A DNA stretch of 64,000 nucleotides from a virus (lineage: Duplodnaviria > Caudoviricetes). Positions 1 through 10,314 of the stretch are shown piece by piece; position 1 is the first letter of the stretch; each line of letters starts with the position of its first letter. Made by a program: the position numbers and the translations under genes. The stretch lies in the IMG/VR virus record IMGVR_UViG_3300031784_000006; one strand, written 5' to 3'. The notes beneath the pieces are model-generated. The model worked only from the letters and a program-made list of their open reading frames with translations, ran no database searches and was not told the DNA's origin.

Positions 1-1618
1 GATCGCCATATTCATCCACATACCATCTATCACCATCACTGTCTGTAAAACTTGTTTCATCTAGTCCGTCATTAATAAAACCAAATGGTGACATATCCTG
101 CTCTATCTGATTTTTTTGCTCCTCATATAGTCTCTTTCTTACATCTTGGTCTGTAAGTTCTTTAAAATAATCTTGAGCTACTAACCAAGCATAAATTACT
201 AAGCACATTGCCAAGTCATCGTTACATCCTTCTTCAGCCTCGAAAGAGTTGTGCTTCTGGATAAATGTTGTCAACTCCGAAATTATTTCATAGTCGTTAA
301 GAAAAAGTTTACTCTCCTCAATCATTGTCTTTAGGTTTAGACATCCAACTTTTTTTACAGTTTTGGACATTTTAACTCCAAGTTGAGTTTTCTTTCCAGA
401 AAATCCTTGACCAACAATTTGACCTGCTCTACCTCTCATAGAACACATGAGAAGATTATTGTATTCTAAGTCATATTGAAGAATGCTTGCTACCTGATCT
501 CCAACGTCATTTACCTCACATAAAATATATGCATTATTATATGCTGTCGCCGCTTCGTGAATTATACTGGGGAAAAGCATAGGTTTAATTTCATTATTTC
601 TATATTTTGCAACTACTTTGTGGGGGAATTGTGTAATATCAATAATGGTAAACGCAGAGTAATCATTTCCAACACCTCTAGCAACGTCTACAGTAATGAG
701 ATAATCATGATTCTCCTCTGGGTCTACATAAACATCTAGACCAGCACTACGGGTCTTGGGGGCATCGTAAACAAGGGTTCTAAGTTTAGATGGTGCAATT
801 AGAGTATCGACAGAACCTAAGAATTCGCATTCAAACTCAACCTTAAACTGTTGTTCTGATGTGTTTGCAATTGTTTGCTTTTTCCATTCCTCATCTCTTC
901 CGGGAACTTCACTCCAATGAACGTCTGTAAAGACATATTCGTTCTTACCCTTTTCCGCATCATGCCACATTCGGTAAAAATGATTCATACCATGTGGAGT
1001 AGAAACAATTATAACTTTAGTTTGTTTACCTGAAGTAATTGTTGGATAAACTGACGCAAAGAATGAGTCTGCGATATGATTTGGAACGAAAGCAAATTCG
1101 TCCAAAAATAGGATATTGAATGACATACCACGAACTGCAGAAGCAGAAGTAGAAGCAGCCAAGATTTTACTTCCATTTTCCAATTCCAAAGAACCTTTGT
1201 TCCAAGATATAATTCCTTGCTGCATCCATTTTGGTAGATTTTCATAAGCGGTTTGTAATCTATCTAATAGTTCCCGTGCCGTTGCTGCTTTGTTTGCAAG
1301 AATACCAATATTAACATTATCATTAAATACTGCATAATGTAGTAAAAATGATACTACAGTTGTAGATTTGCCCGTCTGGCGAGGCATCTTGCATATATTG
1401 AATCTATGATTGTGAAAGTTATTGATTAACTTTTCTTGGAAATGATATGGTTTAAATGTTTGAAGACCATGATCCAGAGTTACAATCTTTACATAATTAT
1501 TTGCAAAGTAAACGGGATCATCCTTACATCTCATAAACTCAAGAATTTGTTCTTGAGTAAACTCAATTGGGGTATTTGCTTTTTTTAAAAGTGGATTGCC
1601 AAGATAAACATCAGACAT
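1..1618 (-). CDS. gp17: Terminase large subunit (T4 gp17-like), C-terminus runs off the window start
   Basis: Hand-translated from ATG 1618 (MSDVYLGNPLLKKAN...): Walker A-like MPRQTGKST, Walker B ILFLDEFAF, nuclease segment TVDVARG and GCNDDLAMC. Absent from the ORF track because no stop lies in the window. Confidence 0.97.
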   Translation of the reverse strand, partial: MSDVYLGNPLLKKANTPIEFTQEQILEFMRCKDDPVYFANNYVKIVTLDHGLQTFKPYHFQEKLINNFHNHRFNICKMPRQTGKSTTVVSFLLHYAVFNDNVNIGILANKAATARELLDRLQTAYENLPKWMQQGIISWNKGSLELENGSKILAASTSASAVRGMSFNILFLDEFAFVPNHIADSFFASVYPTITSGKQTKVIIVSTPHGMNHFYRMWHDAEKGKNEYVFTDVHWSEVPGRDEEWKKQTIANTSEQQFKVEFECEFLGSVDTLIAPSKLRTLVYDAPKTRSAGLDVYVDPEENHDYLITVDVARGVGNDYSAFTIIDITQFPHKVVAKYRNNEIKPMLFPSIIHEAATAYNNAYILCEVNDVGDQVASILQYDLEYNNLLMCSMRGRAGQIVGQGFSGKKTQLGVKMSKTVKKVGCLNLKTMIEESKLFLNDYEIISELTTFIQKHNSFEAEEGCNDDLAMCLVIYAWLVAQDYFKELTDQDVRKRLYEEQKNQIEQDMSPFGFINDGLDETSFTDSDGDRWYVDEYGD

Positions 1619-1634
1619 AATAAAAACCTACTTA

Positions 1635-3482
1635 TTAGTTACAATTCCAACGGCGAAGTGCTTTATTAATATTGCTATCTGGATCTCTTGCAGTTTCTGC
1701 AGAAGTTAGTTTTGATTTCATTCCTTTCATTCGACGACAAAATGAAGCACGACGTTTCGCTCTTTTTCCTTCTGGATTTTTTTCAGTTACTGCAGTTTGA
1801 AGTTTTGAACCGGGGTTCTCTCTACGATATGCTTTAACTGCCGCTGAACTTAATCCATCAGTTTTATCTTTACGGTTGACTGATTGCCAATCTTCACCAA
1901 TTTCAACTTCTTCTCCCATTGTCTTTACATAATTCTTATTTGAACCTAACTTTGCGGAACTGCCGCCCTGGGAACTAAAAGTTTGAATAAGTGGTTGTCC
2001 TGGTTGAATTTCAGAAACCGAATGGTATACGACTATTGAACCTGGATAAACTTTTTGAATCTCATCGTTGATTTCTTTTCTGGAAGGTGTCTTTACTTGT
2101 GGGAAGAACATCTTGAGAGAATAATATTTTCCTCTCCATGAAAGAGTTACCGCGATGACATTTCCAGTCTGTGCTTGCAGTCTTGTTGCTTCGCTCATTT
2201 GAGATTTAAAACCTTTGATTGGTTCTGGTTTGATTACGTCAACTACTTCCGCAAAAGTATTTCCGTTTAAGTCTTCTATTGTTTGTTCTGGCACACAATT
2301 TGGAACTGTTTTTTTGCCCTTTTTCTTCATTCCAACTTGCTTATATCCGGACCAACACGCCTCATCAACTTCACTTTCTCCGCCATCAAGATAGTCTGCT
2401 GCAGTATCAATATAGTCTGCTGCTTTAGTGATTTTTGACTGAACCCATGCCTCTAAATTACCTTCACCTTTTCCAACTTTTGCTCGCAATCTTTTTACGG
2501 CATTTTCGATAGTTTGAAGTTCGCCGCGAACCATTGAATATTCTTCATCTTTTGATTCGGGTATAGTAGGCATAGTTATATTATAGTCTTTTTTTCCAGA
2601 AACCACTTCTGAAGGTAATGAAAACATATCCCAGTATTTTTGTCCGTATTTACACTCATCTCTAGACTCAACTTTTTCGCATTTAGGACAATATCTTCCT
2701 GGATTTTCTCTAATTGGTCCATCCCACTCATAATTTAAAGCATCCGTACTTTCTGATTTAGTTCCCCAGTTGTCAGCACCAACCTTACGGCATTTAACCA
2801 AAGCACCTGATGCATACGCACTTGGCCAAACACTATATCTAGACTTTACTTTATGGTAGCAAGCATCTTTAGTTCCGCTACCTTTACCTTTTTTATCTTT
2901 TGCTTCTTGTATATCCATTTCTTCTTTGATTTTCTTTCTAGGTGAATCTGTAGAAACATAAGTTGGTTTTGCAGCACCTGATTTCTCTTGTTGACCAGAA
3001 TCTGCTACCTTTTTTCTTCTTGATGCGGAACGTCTTTCTGCAGGAGTCATGCTTGCTCTTTTAGAAGAAGACACACATTTTGGAACTCCTTCTCCCTGTT
3101 CATCACTTGCACATGTTCCACCTGTAACTACATTTACCCAACCAGATTTACCATCCTTTGATTTTGATTTACCAAACCAATCGCGAAGACCCTCTTCTTT
3201 TACAGTATCTTCATATGCAATTCTTTTTTTGCTATGTTCAATTTCTCCTTTTTGCTTAGCAATCAATTTCCTTGACCAAGCGCCAACATTAATATCTTTT
3301 GGATTTTCATCTGGCATTCTCTTTTTGGGATTGTCGAAAACATCGACATCACCATCAGCATCACGATCAACATATTGAACAGCAGCGTGATGCACTAACT
3401 GTTTAAGATCAAGATTAGGATCTAACTGATGTTGTTTTGCCTTTAAATGTGGCGTTTTGTGGGAAAATTTTGGATATTTCAT
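1635..3482 (-). CDS. 615-aa modular basic protein typical of cyanomyovirus gp16-gp17 intervals; possible head-associated protein
   Basis: ORF track. Short recurrent cyanophage modules (EEGLRDWFGK, DACYHKVKSRY..WPSAYASG, EACWSGYKQVG, EDWQSVNRKDKTDG). Confidence 0.7.
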   Translation of the reverse strand: MKYPKFSHKTPHLKAKQHQLDPNLDLKQLVHHAAVQYVDRDADGDVDVFDNPKKRMPDENPKDINVGAWSRKLIAKQKGEIEHSKKRIAYEDTVKEEGLRDWFGKSKSKDGKSGWVNVVTGGTCASDEQGEGVPKCVSSSKRASMTPAERRSASRRKKVADSGQQEKSGAAKPTYVSTDSPRKKIKEEMDIQEAKDKKGKGSGTKDACYHKVKSRYSVWPSAYASGALVKCRKVGADNWGTKSESTDALNYEWDGPIRENPGRYCPKCEKVESRDECKYGQKYWDMFSLPSEVVSGKKDYNITMPTIPESKDEEYSMVRGELQTIENAVKRLRAKVGKGEGNLEAWVQSKITKAADYIDTAADYLDGGESEVDEACWSGYKQVGMKKKGKKTVPNCVPEQTIEDLNGNTFAEVVDVIKPEPIKGFKSQMSEATRLQAQTGNVIAVTLSWRGKYYSLKMFFPQVKTPSRKEINDEIQKVYPGSIVVYHSVSEIQPGQPLIQTFSSQGGSSAKLGSNKNYVKTMGEEVEIGEDWQSVNRKDKTDGLSSAAVKAYRRENPGSKLQTAVTEKNPEGKRAKRRASFCRRMKGMKSKLTSAETARDPDSNINKALRRWNCN

Positions 3483-3634
3483 TCAACTGGTTTTGATTTA
3501 GTCTCCTCACCTTTTGCTCTTTTCTTTCTCGCCGCACAGTGAGCACGTTGAGAAAATCCTTTTGGACTAGAGCAATCAATACTCTTTTTATATTTATCGC
3601 TCCAGTCTTCTTGAAACTGTTTAAATGTCTTCAT
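3479..3634 (-). CDS. 51-aa small protein with a T4 capsid-targeting-like N-terminus
   Basis: Hand-translated MKTFKQFQEDWSDKYKKSIDCSSPKGFSQRAHCAARKKRAKGEETKSKPVE; overlaps both neighbouring genes. Confidence 0.75.
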   Translation of the reverse strand: MKTFKQFQEDWSDKYKKSIDCSSPKGFSQRAHCAARKKRAKGEETKSKPVE

Positions 3635-4055
3635 TTTGAGTTTGCTGCTTTAAAAGTTTTGCTAACTCGGCAGTAGATCCAACAAAAAGAGCGTTGTTAA
3701 CTGTAGTGGGTCCTTTACCAACCTTTTCTTCTTCAATATCTTTGAGTTTCTTTTGAAGATCCATTAACTTATCCGTAGCATCCGCGACATTCTTAATCAG
3801 TTGTCCGGCAACCTCATAAGCTCTTGGCATTTCACTTTCTTGAGCCAATTCTAAAATTCCGTTAATTGCCTCTTGACCTTTTTCTATAATAGAATAAAGA
3901 TTTCCTCTTGTATATTCATAATCTTTTTTAACATCATCCATTGCTGAGGATATCTTCTCAAATTTTTCAATTTCGGATTTATTGTCGATAGGAACTATTT
4001 CCCCATCTACATTAAAAGCATCATTTAACTTATCGAATTTTTTTGTCATTTTCAT
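3621..4055 (-). CDS. gp16: Terminase small subunit
   Basis: PRAYEVAGQLIK and NNALFVGSTAELAKLLK motifs; lies between gp15 and gp17. Confidence 0.92.
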   Translation of the reverse strand: MKMTKKFDKLNDAFNVDGEIVPIDNKSEIEKFEKISSAMDDVKKDYEYTRGNLYSIIEKGQEAINGILELAQESEMPRAYEVAGQLIKNVADATDKLMDLQKKLKDIEEEKVGKGPTTVNNALFVGSTAELAKLLKQQTQNEDI

Positions 4056-5053
4056 GCTATACTACCACTAAATCCAAAATCATCACCTTGCTCTATTAGA
4101 TCATCATCTGCGGCAGTAATTGATTTTACTGGAGCACCTGCCAAGTGAGAAGTTATGGTTGTATTATCCTTACCCCTTTCAACAGTTATTGTGTTACCGG
4201 ACTTAGACTTAATGTATAACTCCTCACCCTCAAGATCGATATAAGTATCGACGGTAATTGTAGATGCATTATTTACTTCAATAACAAGGTCCTCAACTCC
4301 AATATCGTTGGTTATGTTTGTTAGAACAATTCCAGTATAATTTTTGATCGCTCTAGGTTCGGCAGAATACACCACATCTCTAGATGGAGTTGTTGTATAT
4401 CCTCCAGCAACATATCCAACCGAAGATTTTTTGATAATATCCCTGGTTGCAGAAGAAAGTGGTCCGAAGAGATAAGTTTTTGCGGTGAATCTTAGAGTAT
4501 AAATTAAAACTCTTCTTGTATTAAAATCTCCCTCATAATCATCTTGCATTGTGATATTCTCAAGAACTACTGGAATATCCCTCTTTTCATTAATAGTATC
4601 AACCAAATTAACTGTCATAGTATATGCTGGTTGAAAGTATGGTAGAATTTGTTCTACAATTTGAAGAGCATCATCATTAAGTTTTGACATAATACTCAAT
4701 TCAAATTGCATATTATATGGAACTGGTAAATATCCCTTTTTAATTTCACTACCATCCTGTGTAGACTTCTCTGTAAAATATTGAGTTGTTGTTGATTTTC
4801 TACTTGAATCGTATGTCAGGCCAGTAAATTCAAAAGACATTCTGGGTAATGTAATTTGAACCGGTTTATTTAAATTTGGCGATTGATTTAATCTTGCTAG
4901 AAACTTTTGGGTTGGGCCATATGCCAGAGGAACTTTAATTATACTGACTACTTGATCCGAATTATTTGTATGCCTGATTTCTATATTATTAAATAAAGAA
5001 CCAAAAGAAACAACAGTTCTTCTTAATATTTCGTGGTAAAAGTATTCAAACAT
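4052..5053 (-). CDS. gp15: Tail sheath stabiliser / tail completion protein
   Basis: FEYFYHEILRRTVVSFGSLFNNI, VPLAYGPTQKFLARL, LPRMSFE, QIVEQILPYFQP. Confidence 0.93.
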   Translation of the reverse strand: MFEYFYHEILRRTVVSFGSLFNNIEIRHTNNSDQVVSIIKVPLAYGPTQKFLARLNQSPNLNKPVQITLPRMSFEFTGLTYDSSRKSTTTQYFTEKSTQDGSEIKKGYLPVPYNMQFELSIMSKLNDDALQIVEQILPYFQPAYTMTVNLVDTINEKRDIPVVLENITMQDDYEGDFNTRRVLIYTLRFTAKTYLFGPLSSATRDIIKKSSVGYVAGGYTTTPSRDVVYSAEPRAIKNYTGIVLTNITNDIGVEDLVIEVNNASTITVDTYIDLEGEELYIKSKSGNTITVERGKDNTTITSHLAGAPVKSITAADDDLIEQGDDFGFSGSIA

Positions 5054-5100
5054 GACACTAATTTATTGTATTACTATTTAACAATTCTATTGAAGACTAT

Positions 5101-6516
5101 TTATGGCATACCAAATGGATTTACTTCGCTAAAATCTATTATTTGATCTGCTTCATCTTCAATTTCATTATTTGCAGCGTAACCATCATCTGCAATTCTG
5201 ACATAATCATCAACGGTTTTTAAGTAGTATGATGCGCTGGATGCGGCCCCAACTATATTTTCTCCAACTACAAATTTACCAGTAATCTGAGATACTTGAA
5301 GAACTCTAGTAATTGAGTTCCACGATTTCACTCTTGCAGTTGTGCTGCTTGATGAACCAACAACAACTTCGTTTAAAACAAAGTTTCCGGAAGATGTTAA
5401 AATTGGATTACCTATCGTGATTGTGGGTGCAACAGTATATCCAGCTCCCGCATTAGTAATACGAATTGAAGTAATTGAACCACCTGCCGAAACAACGGCT
5501 GTTGCTGCTGCAGATACTGTAGAAACCCCCGTAAAAGTAATAGTCGGTGGGGTTACATATCCAGAACCACTATTAGTTACAGTAATTACTCCAACTACAC
5601 CATTTCCTATGGATGCAATACCAGTAGATCCTTTACCTCCCCCACCAATAAATCTAACTCCGGGTGCAACTGTATACCCAAATCCTGGGTTTGTAATTTC
5701 AACACTTTGAACTGATGATGTATTTGGGGAAACATTCTGATTGCACACAACAATATTATCAATCATTATTGCAATTGCCGATGCAGTTCTTCCTGATGGT
5801 GATGATGATATTCCAACAGTTGGGGTACTAGTATATCCCCCCCCTCTGTTAGTAACTTGAATATATCTAACTCCACCATTAACTACTGATGCCAATGCGG
5901 TTGCAGTGGCTCCTGCACCAACCATTGTTAAATTAAACACATTTCCAATAGGATTTTTATCACCATCAACTGAATCAGTGCCACTAACAAGATCGTCTAT
6001 TTCATCAATATCAGTGTCAATAAGTTCATCCTCATATCTAAACAGTTCGCACTTAAGTTGATATGTATAAAGACCTTGAAGTTGATAAAATGGTTTTTCG
6101 TGCTCTACAAATTTAATTTCAAATAATCTATTACCAAGAGGAAAATAAATTAAATCACCCTCTTTTGGTCTTGATGATAATTTGATATTTGTTTGGTTTT
6201 GAATAAGTGGCGAAATATAGTTTTTAAATCTTTCTCTAGATATAATTAAATTAATCTCGTTTAGAGATTGAATTCCAAACTTTGAAAGAATAGTCGTATT
6301 ATCACCATATCCTTCATAGTTGTCTATGTAAGCCTCTATTGGATATGCATTATTAAATTCTGATTCTATAACTTCTCTAATGACAGTTTTTTCTGTGATA
6401 AAACTTCTTGGAATATAGTGAACGTCAATTCCATACATTCTAAGTTGTTCGTTAATCAAATCTTGAATAAGTCCTTGCTCCGATTTTGAGCCTTGTTGAA
6501 AAAATGGGTTTAACAT
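5101..6516 (-). CDS. gp14: Neck protein with inserted Gly/Thr-rich repeats
   Basis: LNPFFQQG..EQ.LIQDLINEQLRMYG, EGDLIYFPL..RLFEIKFVEHEKPFYQL; synteny with gp13 and gp15. Confidence 0.92.
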   Translation of the reverse strand: MLNPFFQQGSKSEQGLIQDLINEQLRMYGIDVHYIPRSFITEKTVIREVIESEFNNAYPIEAYIDNYEGYGDNTTILSKFGIQSLNEINLIISRERFKNYISPLIQNQTNIKLSSRPKEGDLIYFPLGNRLFEIKFVEHEKPFYQLQGLYTYQLKCELFRYEDELIDTDIDEIDDLVSGTDSVDGDKNPIGNVFNLTMVGAGATATALASVVNGGVRYIQVTNRGGGYTSTPTVGISSSPSGRTASAIAIMIDNIVVCNQNVSPNTSSVQSVEITNPGFGYTVAPGVRFIGGGGKGSTGIASIGNGVVGVITVTNSGSGYVTPPTITFTGVSTVSAAATAVVSAGGSITSIRITNAGAGYTVAPTITIGNPILTSSGNFVLNEVVVGSSSSTTARVKSWNSITRVLQVSQITGKFVVGENIVGAASSASYYLKTVDDYVRIADDGYAANNEIEDEADQIIDFSEVNPFGMP

Positions 6517-6519
6517 ATC

Positions 6520-7374
6520 TTATCCAATCATATCAAATGGGGGAAGTTCGTATGTATTCGACATTTTTTCCATCAAAATATCAATTTCTCTTTGGGCATC
6601 TTCATACATCTGTCTTCCATTCAATTCGACTCCACCTGGGAGCTTAACGCCAGTAAATTTCATCATATTTTGACCCCACTGTTTTTTAATTAATGAGGTT
6701 AGGTATGGTTTTAAGAAAGAATCATTCCAAACTCTTGAATAATCATTTGGATCTAAAGTTGAGTAACAATCAATAATGATAAACTCACCTTCTCTAACCG
6801 ATGACCAATCAATATCTAAATATAATCTATCTTGCCTTTTGTTGAATCTTATTTGCTTCTGAGTGTTTAGTAAAAAATCCAAGTCTTCCAAGTAAGTTTT
6901 AACCATTGCATAACTTAATAACTCAACTGCACCCCAATAATAAACATCGTTTAAAAATAATTGATATTTCACACTAAACATATTGTTAGTTATAGTGTTT
7001 GCACCATCAAAAGTAAAAATTTTATTAATACCAATTACATTGGGTGGAACTTGAAGATAATTGCTATTTTCATAATAATTGAAAGTTGCTGAAGTTCCCG
7101 AAATATTTGTTGTTACACTAGTGCTTGCTATACCAACACCATTTTCTATTCCACCAGAGTGACCTGCCCTTCCTCTATCTATGTCATTTTGAGTTAATTT
7201 GTATTTGTAAAAAGTTGGATATACTCCATCAAAATGTCTTTCTTGAAAAAACTGAATTGCATCATCAACTAAATCTTCAATTTGCTCATCAGCAACATTA
7301 ATCTCTAAAACTGGCGCTCCCAGTTTTCTTTTACAATAATCTATCAATTCTTGTCTGGTAGATGGTTGCGCCAT
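6520..7374 (-). CDS. gp13: Neck protein
   Basis: PSTRQELIDYCKRKLGAPVLEINV, KQWGQNMMKF.GVKLPGGVELNG. Confidence 0.95.
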   Translation of the reverse strand: MAQPSTRQELIDYCKRKLGAPVLEINVADEQIEDLVDDAIQFFQERHFDGVYPTFYKYKLTQNDIDRGRAGHSGGIENGVGIASTSVTTNISGTSATFNYYENSNYLQVPPNVIGINKIFTFDGANTITNNMFSVKYQLFLNDVYYWGAVELLSYAMVKTYLEDLDFLLNTQKQIRFNKRQDRLYLDIDWSSVREGEFIIIDCYSTLDPNDYSRVWNDSFLKPYLTSLIKKQWGQNMMKFTGVKLPGGVELNGRQMYEDAQREIDILMEKMSNTYELPPFDMIG

Positions 7375-7392
7375 TATTCAATCTTTTTTAAA

Positions 7393-7400
7393 TATTTATG
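7393..7400 (-). promoter_or_regulatory. T4-type late promoter CATAAATA
   Basis: NATAAATA match 19 nt upstream of the gp13 ATG. Confidence 0.65.
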
Positions 7401-7406
7401 AATGTC

Positions 7407-7574
7407 TTAACCCCACTTAGATACAACTTCTTGTTGTTTCAAATATAATTTTATGTACGCTTTTGAGTATTGTCTTAGGGTTTCTAAATCTTGAATAGTA
7501 TCAATATCCCTTGCCAACTTTTCATATTCAAACATCTTGTTAATATCGTCTAAAACTATTTTATTTGGATCCAT
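7407..7574 (-). CDS. 55-aa hypothetical protein, predicted two-helix, weak NblA-like pattern
   Basis: Hand-translated MDPNKIVLDDINKMFEYEKLARDIDTIQDLETLRQYSKAYIKLYLKQQEVVSKWG; fills the gap exactly. Confidence 0.7.
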   Translation of the reverse strand: MDPNKIVLDDINKMFEYEKLARDIDTIQDLETLRQYSKAYIKLYLKQQEVVSKWG

Positions 7575-7788
7575 CAATCAAACTCCTAAGTAAATTTTTG
7601 ATATCATCTAAATCATTTTTTATATCTCCAACATCATTTTCTAATTTTTTTACTCTATTTGATTCATTTTCTTTTATCTTTTTTAATTTCATGTAGTTAT
7701 TATATTCATTCATATCTAAATTTAAAATAGCTTGGCTGTTTGGATCCCTTATTAAATTGTTATGATCCTTTACTTTTATGTAATCCAT
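7561..7788 (-). CDS. 75-aa coiled-coil virion-cluster protein
   Basis: ORF track; tight packing with neighbours and a heptad C-terminus. Confidence 0.75.
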   Translation of the reverse strand: MDYIKVKDHNNLIRDPNSQAILNLDMNEYNNYMKLKKIKENESNRVKKLENDVGDIKNDLDDIKNLLRSLIDGSK

Positions 7789-7789
7789 A

Positions 7790-10297
7790 TCATGCTAAAC
7801 AAATAACTCTTAAGTCTTTTAATCTTGGTGGATACGCCTGATTTGTTCCCGCACCAATTAATTTAATACTAAGATATTTAAATGCTGGAAGATTTGAAAT
7901 AGTAAATTCATGATCTGTAAAAGACAGTTCATTACTTTTGAATGCTAAAGATTTACTTTTTTCTATCTTATTATCGGAAGTTCCATCACTTAATGCTCTA
8001 TACAAATCTGGGTCATCTGCACTGGATTCATTCGAATAACCAGGGAAAGGATAGTAAATCAATTCTTGATTTGGATCATTTTTTATTGCATATAAGCATC
8101 TTAAATCACTATATTCATTAATATATGCAGCTACAATTACCTTTATAGAGGTTGCTGGAATTTCTAATTGTATTGGGTTTGTTGCATAAACAAAGGATGA
8201 TGGGTCATCTTTTAAAGTGGAAACTCTATCATCTGCGGCATAATTTTGGATGGGATTATTAATTCTGTTGGTAACAAAAATCATCGATGCCCTATCTAAG
8301 TCAACTACCGGCGAAATAAACCTATTAGTAGTTTCCAAAAACATGTTCACTGTTAATGATTTATTGCCAAAGAATTCATTATTGGATGATAAAAATTGCT
8401 GCTCATTTTCTTTTGAGCATATCAATCTTGGAGATTCAAAATAGTTAGTTTTATTTAAGTTTATTTCGTCAAATCCCTGATCATAAAAAGAAAATTCCAA
8501 ACCATCTACACTTGTTCCAGATACAGTTCTTACTCTTGCAGAAATATCAGTTCCGTTGAGTGTTAATGTCTGAATAACTGGTTTTGCTGATTCAAATTGT
8601 ATATTTTGAGTCGCTGTAATTTTATCTCCACCGGTTATTTTTGTTTCATTAATGTATAACTTTGGAAAGGATGTACCAACACTTCTATCTACTTGTCCTT
8701 GAGGTAATGGACTCGTATTTCCTCCCGATGAAGTGTCAACTTTAATATGATAATAATCAAAGTCTATGGAATCTGTAATTGTAGAATCCTGTAGAGTATG
8801 TGTTTTATTGATTCTTCTTAAAGAAATTCCATTGAGTTCATACTTATAAACGGGAGCTCCTGCAGAATATGTGAAATTTCTAGTTTGATCTATTTGTCTT
8901 GTTATTCCTGTAAGAGTGTTTCCTGAAATCCCCTGATATGCAATAATTTCTCTACCAATTCGTATATAACCCGGATTAGTGCTACTAATTCCTACGTTTT
9001 CAAATGTATCAAATTTTGCTACAGAATCAACAACAATATTTCCCGTTGATGATGCACTATAATTTTGAGTTAACTTAACTGGTTTGATATCCGGCAATAC
9101 ATCTCTTATTACGACATTATTTTCTTCGGCGTGCATTGCATGGTTCCTGTGGTTTACCTTTATATGCAATCCATCAGTTTCAGTATCAATTTCTCCATCT
9201 ACAATCAAAACACCTCCGCCATTTATATCTGTTCGGATACCTGAACTATTGATATACTGTAGAGTATTTCCAATTCCAGTTACAAAGTCTCCCTGAACAT
9301 TATCTAAAATTAATTCATTTATTCCAAAAAGATTTTGTACAGACATTAGTAAATTAATACCAATATCATCATTACCTAACTGCGATATTGTGACAATATC
9401 TCCATCACTATAACCAGTTCCGCCACTGTTTATTGTTGCTGCTACTGCAACCCCATCAGTAATTGTTACATCAACTGTCCCATTCTTACCCTCACCGGTG
9501 ATACTGGTTAATGCTATTCCCGTATATGTTAGACTACCCGATGATGGTGTGTATCCTATTCCGGGATTTACGATTGTTAAACTACCTGTAGCAATACCCG
9601 CAGAATCAACATAATTGCCAGAAGCATTACTTCCCTGCTGTACTATTGTATTTCCTAATTTTAAAATATTGTCTTGAATTGTTGTACCTAAACCAACACG
9701 AATTCTCTTAGAATTAAATTCTAAGGGATTGGGTACTAATTCTGCAATCTGATTATTCGCTACGGTTAAATCTGGATTATAAAAATTAAAATCACCAAAA
9801 GAAGATGTAAAGTTTGCTCTGTAAAGTGTAAACTTTAAATCTTCAAATCCACTTTCTGTCCAAGTTTCTCCATTTTGAGATTTAAATAATCCACCAGATA
9901 GTGGTTGCTTTGTTACCAATAATTGCTTTGATTCTAACCCAGCAAGTGTGGTAACATCTACTTCATTTAATCTAGAAACCCAAAGACTATATGTTGGTAA
10001 GTTTGCCATAACAACTATGGCATGAAATTTTTTACCACTTAAGTATACTGGAGATGGAAAAACAACCCTCGTCGGTAAAGATGCATCATCCGATACTTGT
10101 ATTTGTTTTGGATTTAATACAACCTCACTGAATGGATATACTTTTGGGGTAGGAACTCCCAATTCCATTGGTCTCAGTTGAACTGCTACTGGCAAAGACT
10201 TATCTTTTGCTGAAAAATATAAATCTACCGAAGTTATAAAAACTCCAGAGTCGTTATCAATATAAAAGGATTGAGCTAATGGATTTACAACTTTCAT
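7790..10297 (-). CDS. Virion structural protein, C-terminal third of the large post-gp8 protein
   Basis: Starts with NPLAQSFYID..GVFITSVDLYF, normally an internal segment of the cyanomyovirus large structural protein. Confidence 0.8.
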   Translation of the reverse strand: MKVVNPLAQSFYIDNDSGVFITSVDLYFSAKDKSLPVAVQLRPMELGVPTPKVYPFSEVVLNPKQIQVSDDASLPTRVVFPSPVYLSGKKFHAIVVMANLPTYSLWVSRLNEVDVTTLAGLESKQLLVTKQPLSGGLFKSQNGETWTESGFEDLKFTLYRANFTSSFGDFNFYNPDLTVANNQIAELVPNPLEFNSKRIRVGLGTTIQDNILKLGNTIVQQGSNASGNYVDSAGIATGSLTIVNPGIGYTPSSGSLTYTGIALTSITGEGKNGTVDVTITDGVAVAATINSGGTGYSDGDIVTISQLGNDDIGINLLMSVQNLFGINELILDNVQGDFVTGIGNTLQYINSSGIRTDINGGGVLIVDGEIDTETDGLHIKVNHRNHAMHAEENNVVIRDVLPDIKPVKLTQNYSASSTGNIVVDSVAKFDTFENVGISSTNPGYIRIGREIIAYQGISGNTLTGITRQIDQTRNFTYSAGAPVYKYELNGISLRRINKTHTLQDSTITDSIDFDYYHIKVDTSSGGNTSPLPQGQVDRSVGTSFPKLYINETKITGGDKITATQNIQFESAKPVIQTLTLNGTDISARVRTVSGTSVDGLEFSFYDQGFDEINLNKTNYFESPRLICSKENEQQFLSSNNEFFGNKSLTVNMFLETTNRFISPVVDLDRASMIFVTNRINNPIQNYAADDRVSTLKDDPSSFVYATNPIQLEIPATSIKVIVAAYINEYSDLRCLYAIKNDPNQELIYYPFPGYSNESSADDPDLYRALSDGTSDNKIEKSKSLAFKSNELSFTDHEFTISNLPAFKYLSIKLIGAGTNQAYPPRLKDLRVICLA

Positions 10298-10314
10298 TTT
10301 ATTGAGACTTTTTA

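Noticed and set aside
557-1245. ORF-track entries 557..739 (+) and 1009..1245 (-)
   Set aside because: Both lie inside the continuous gp17 frame.
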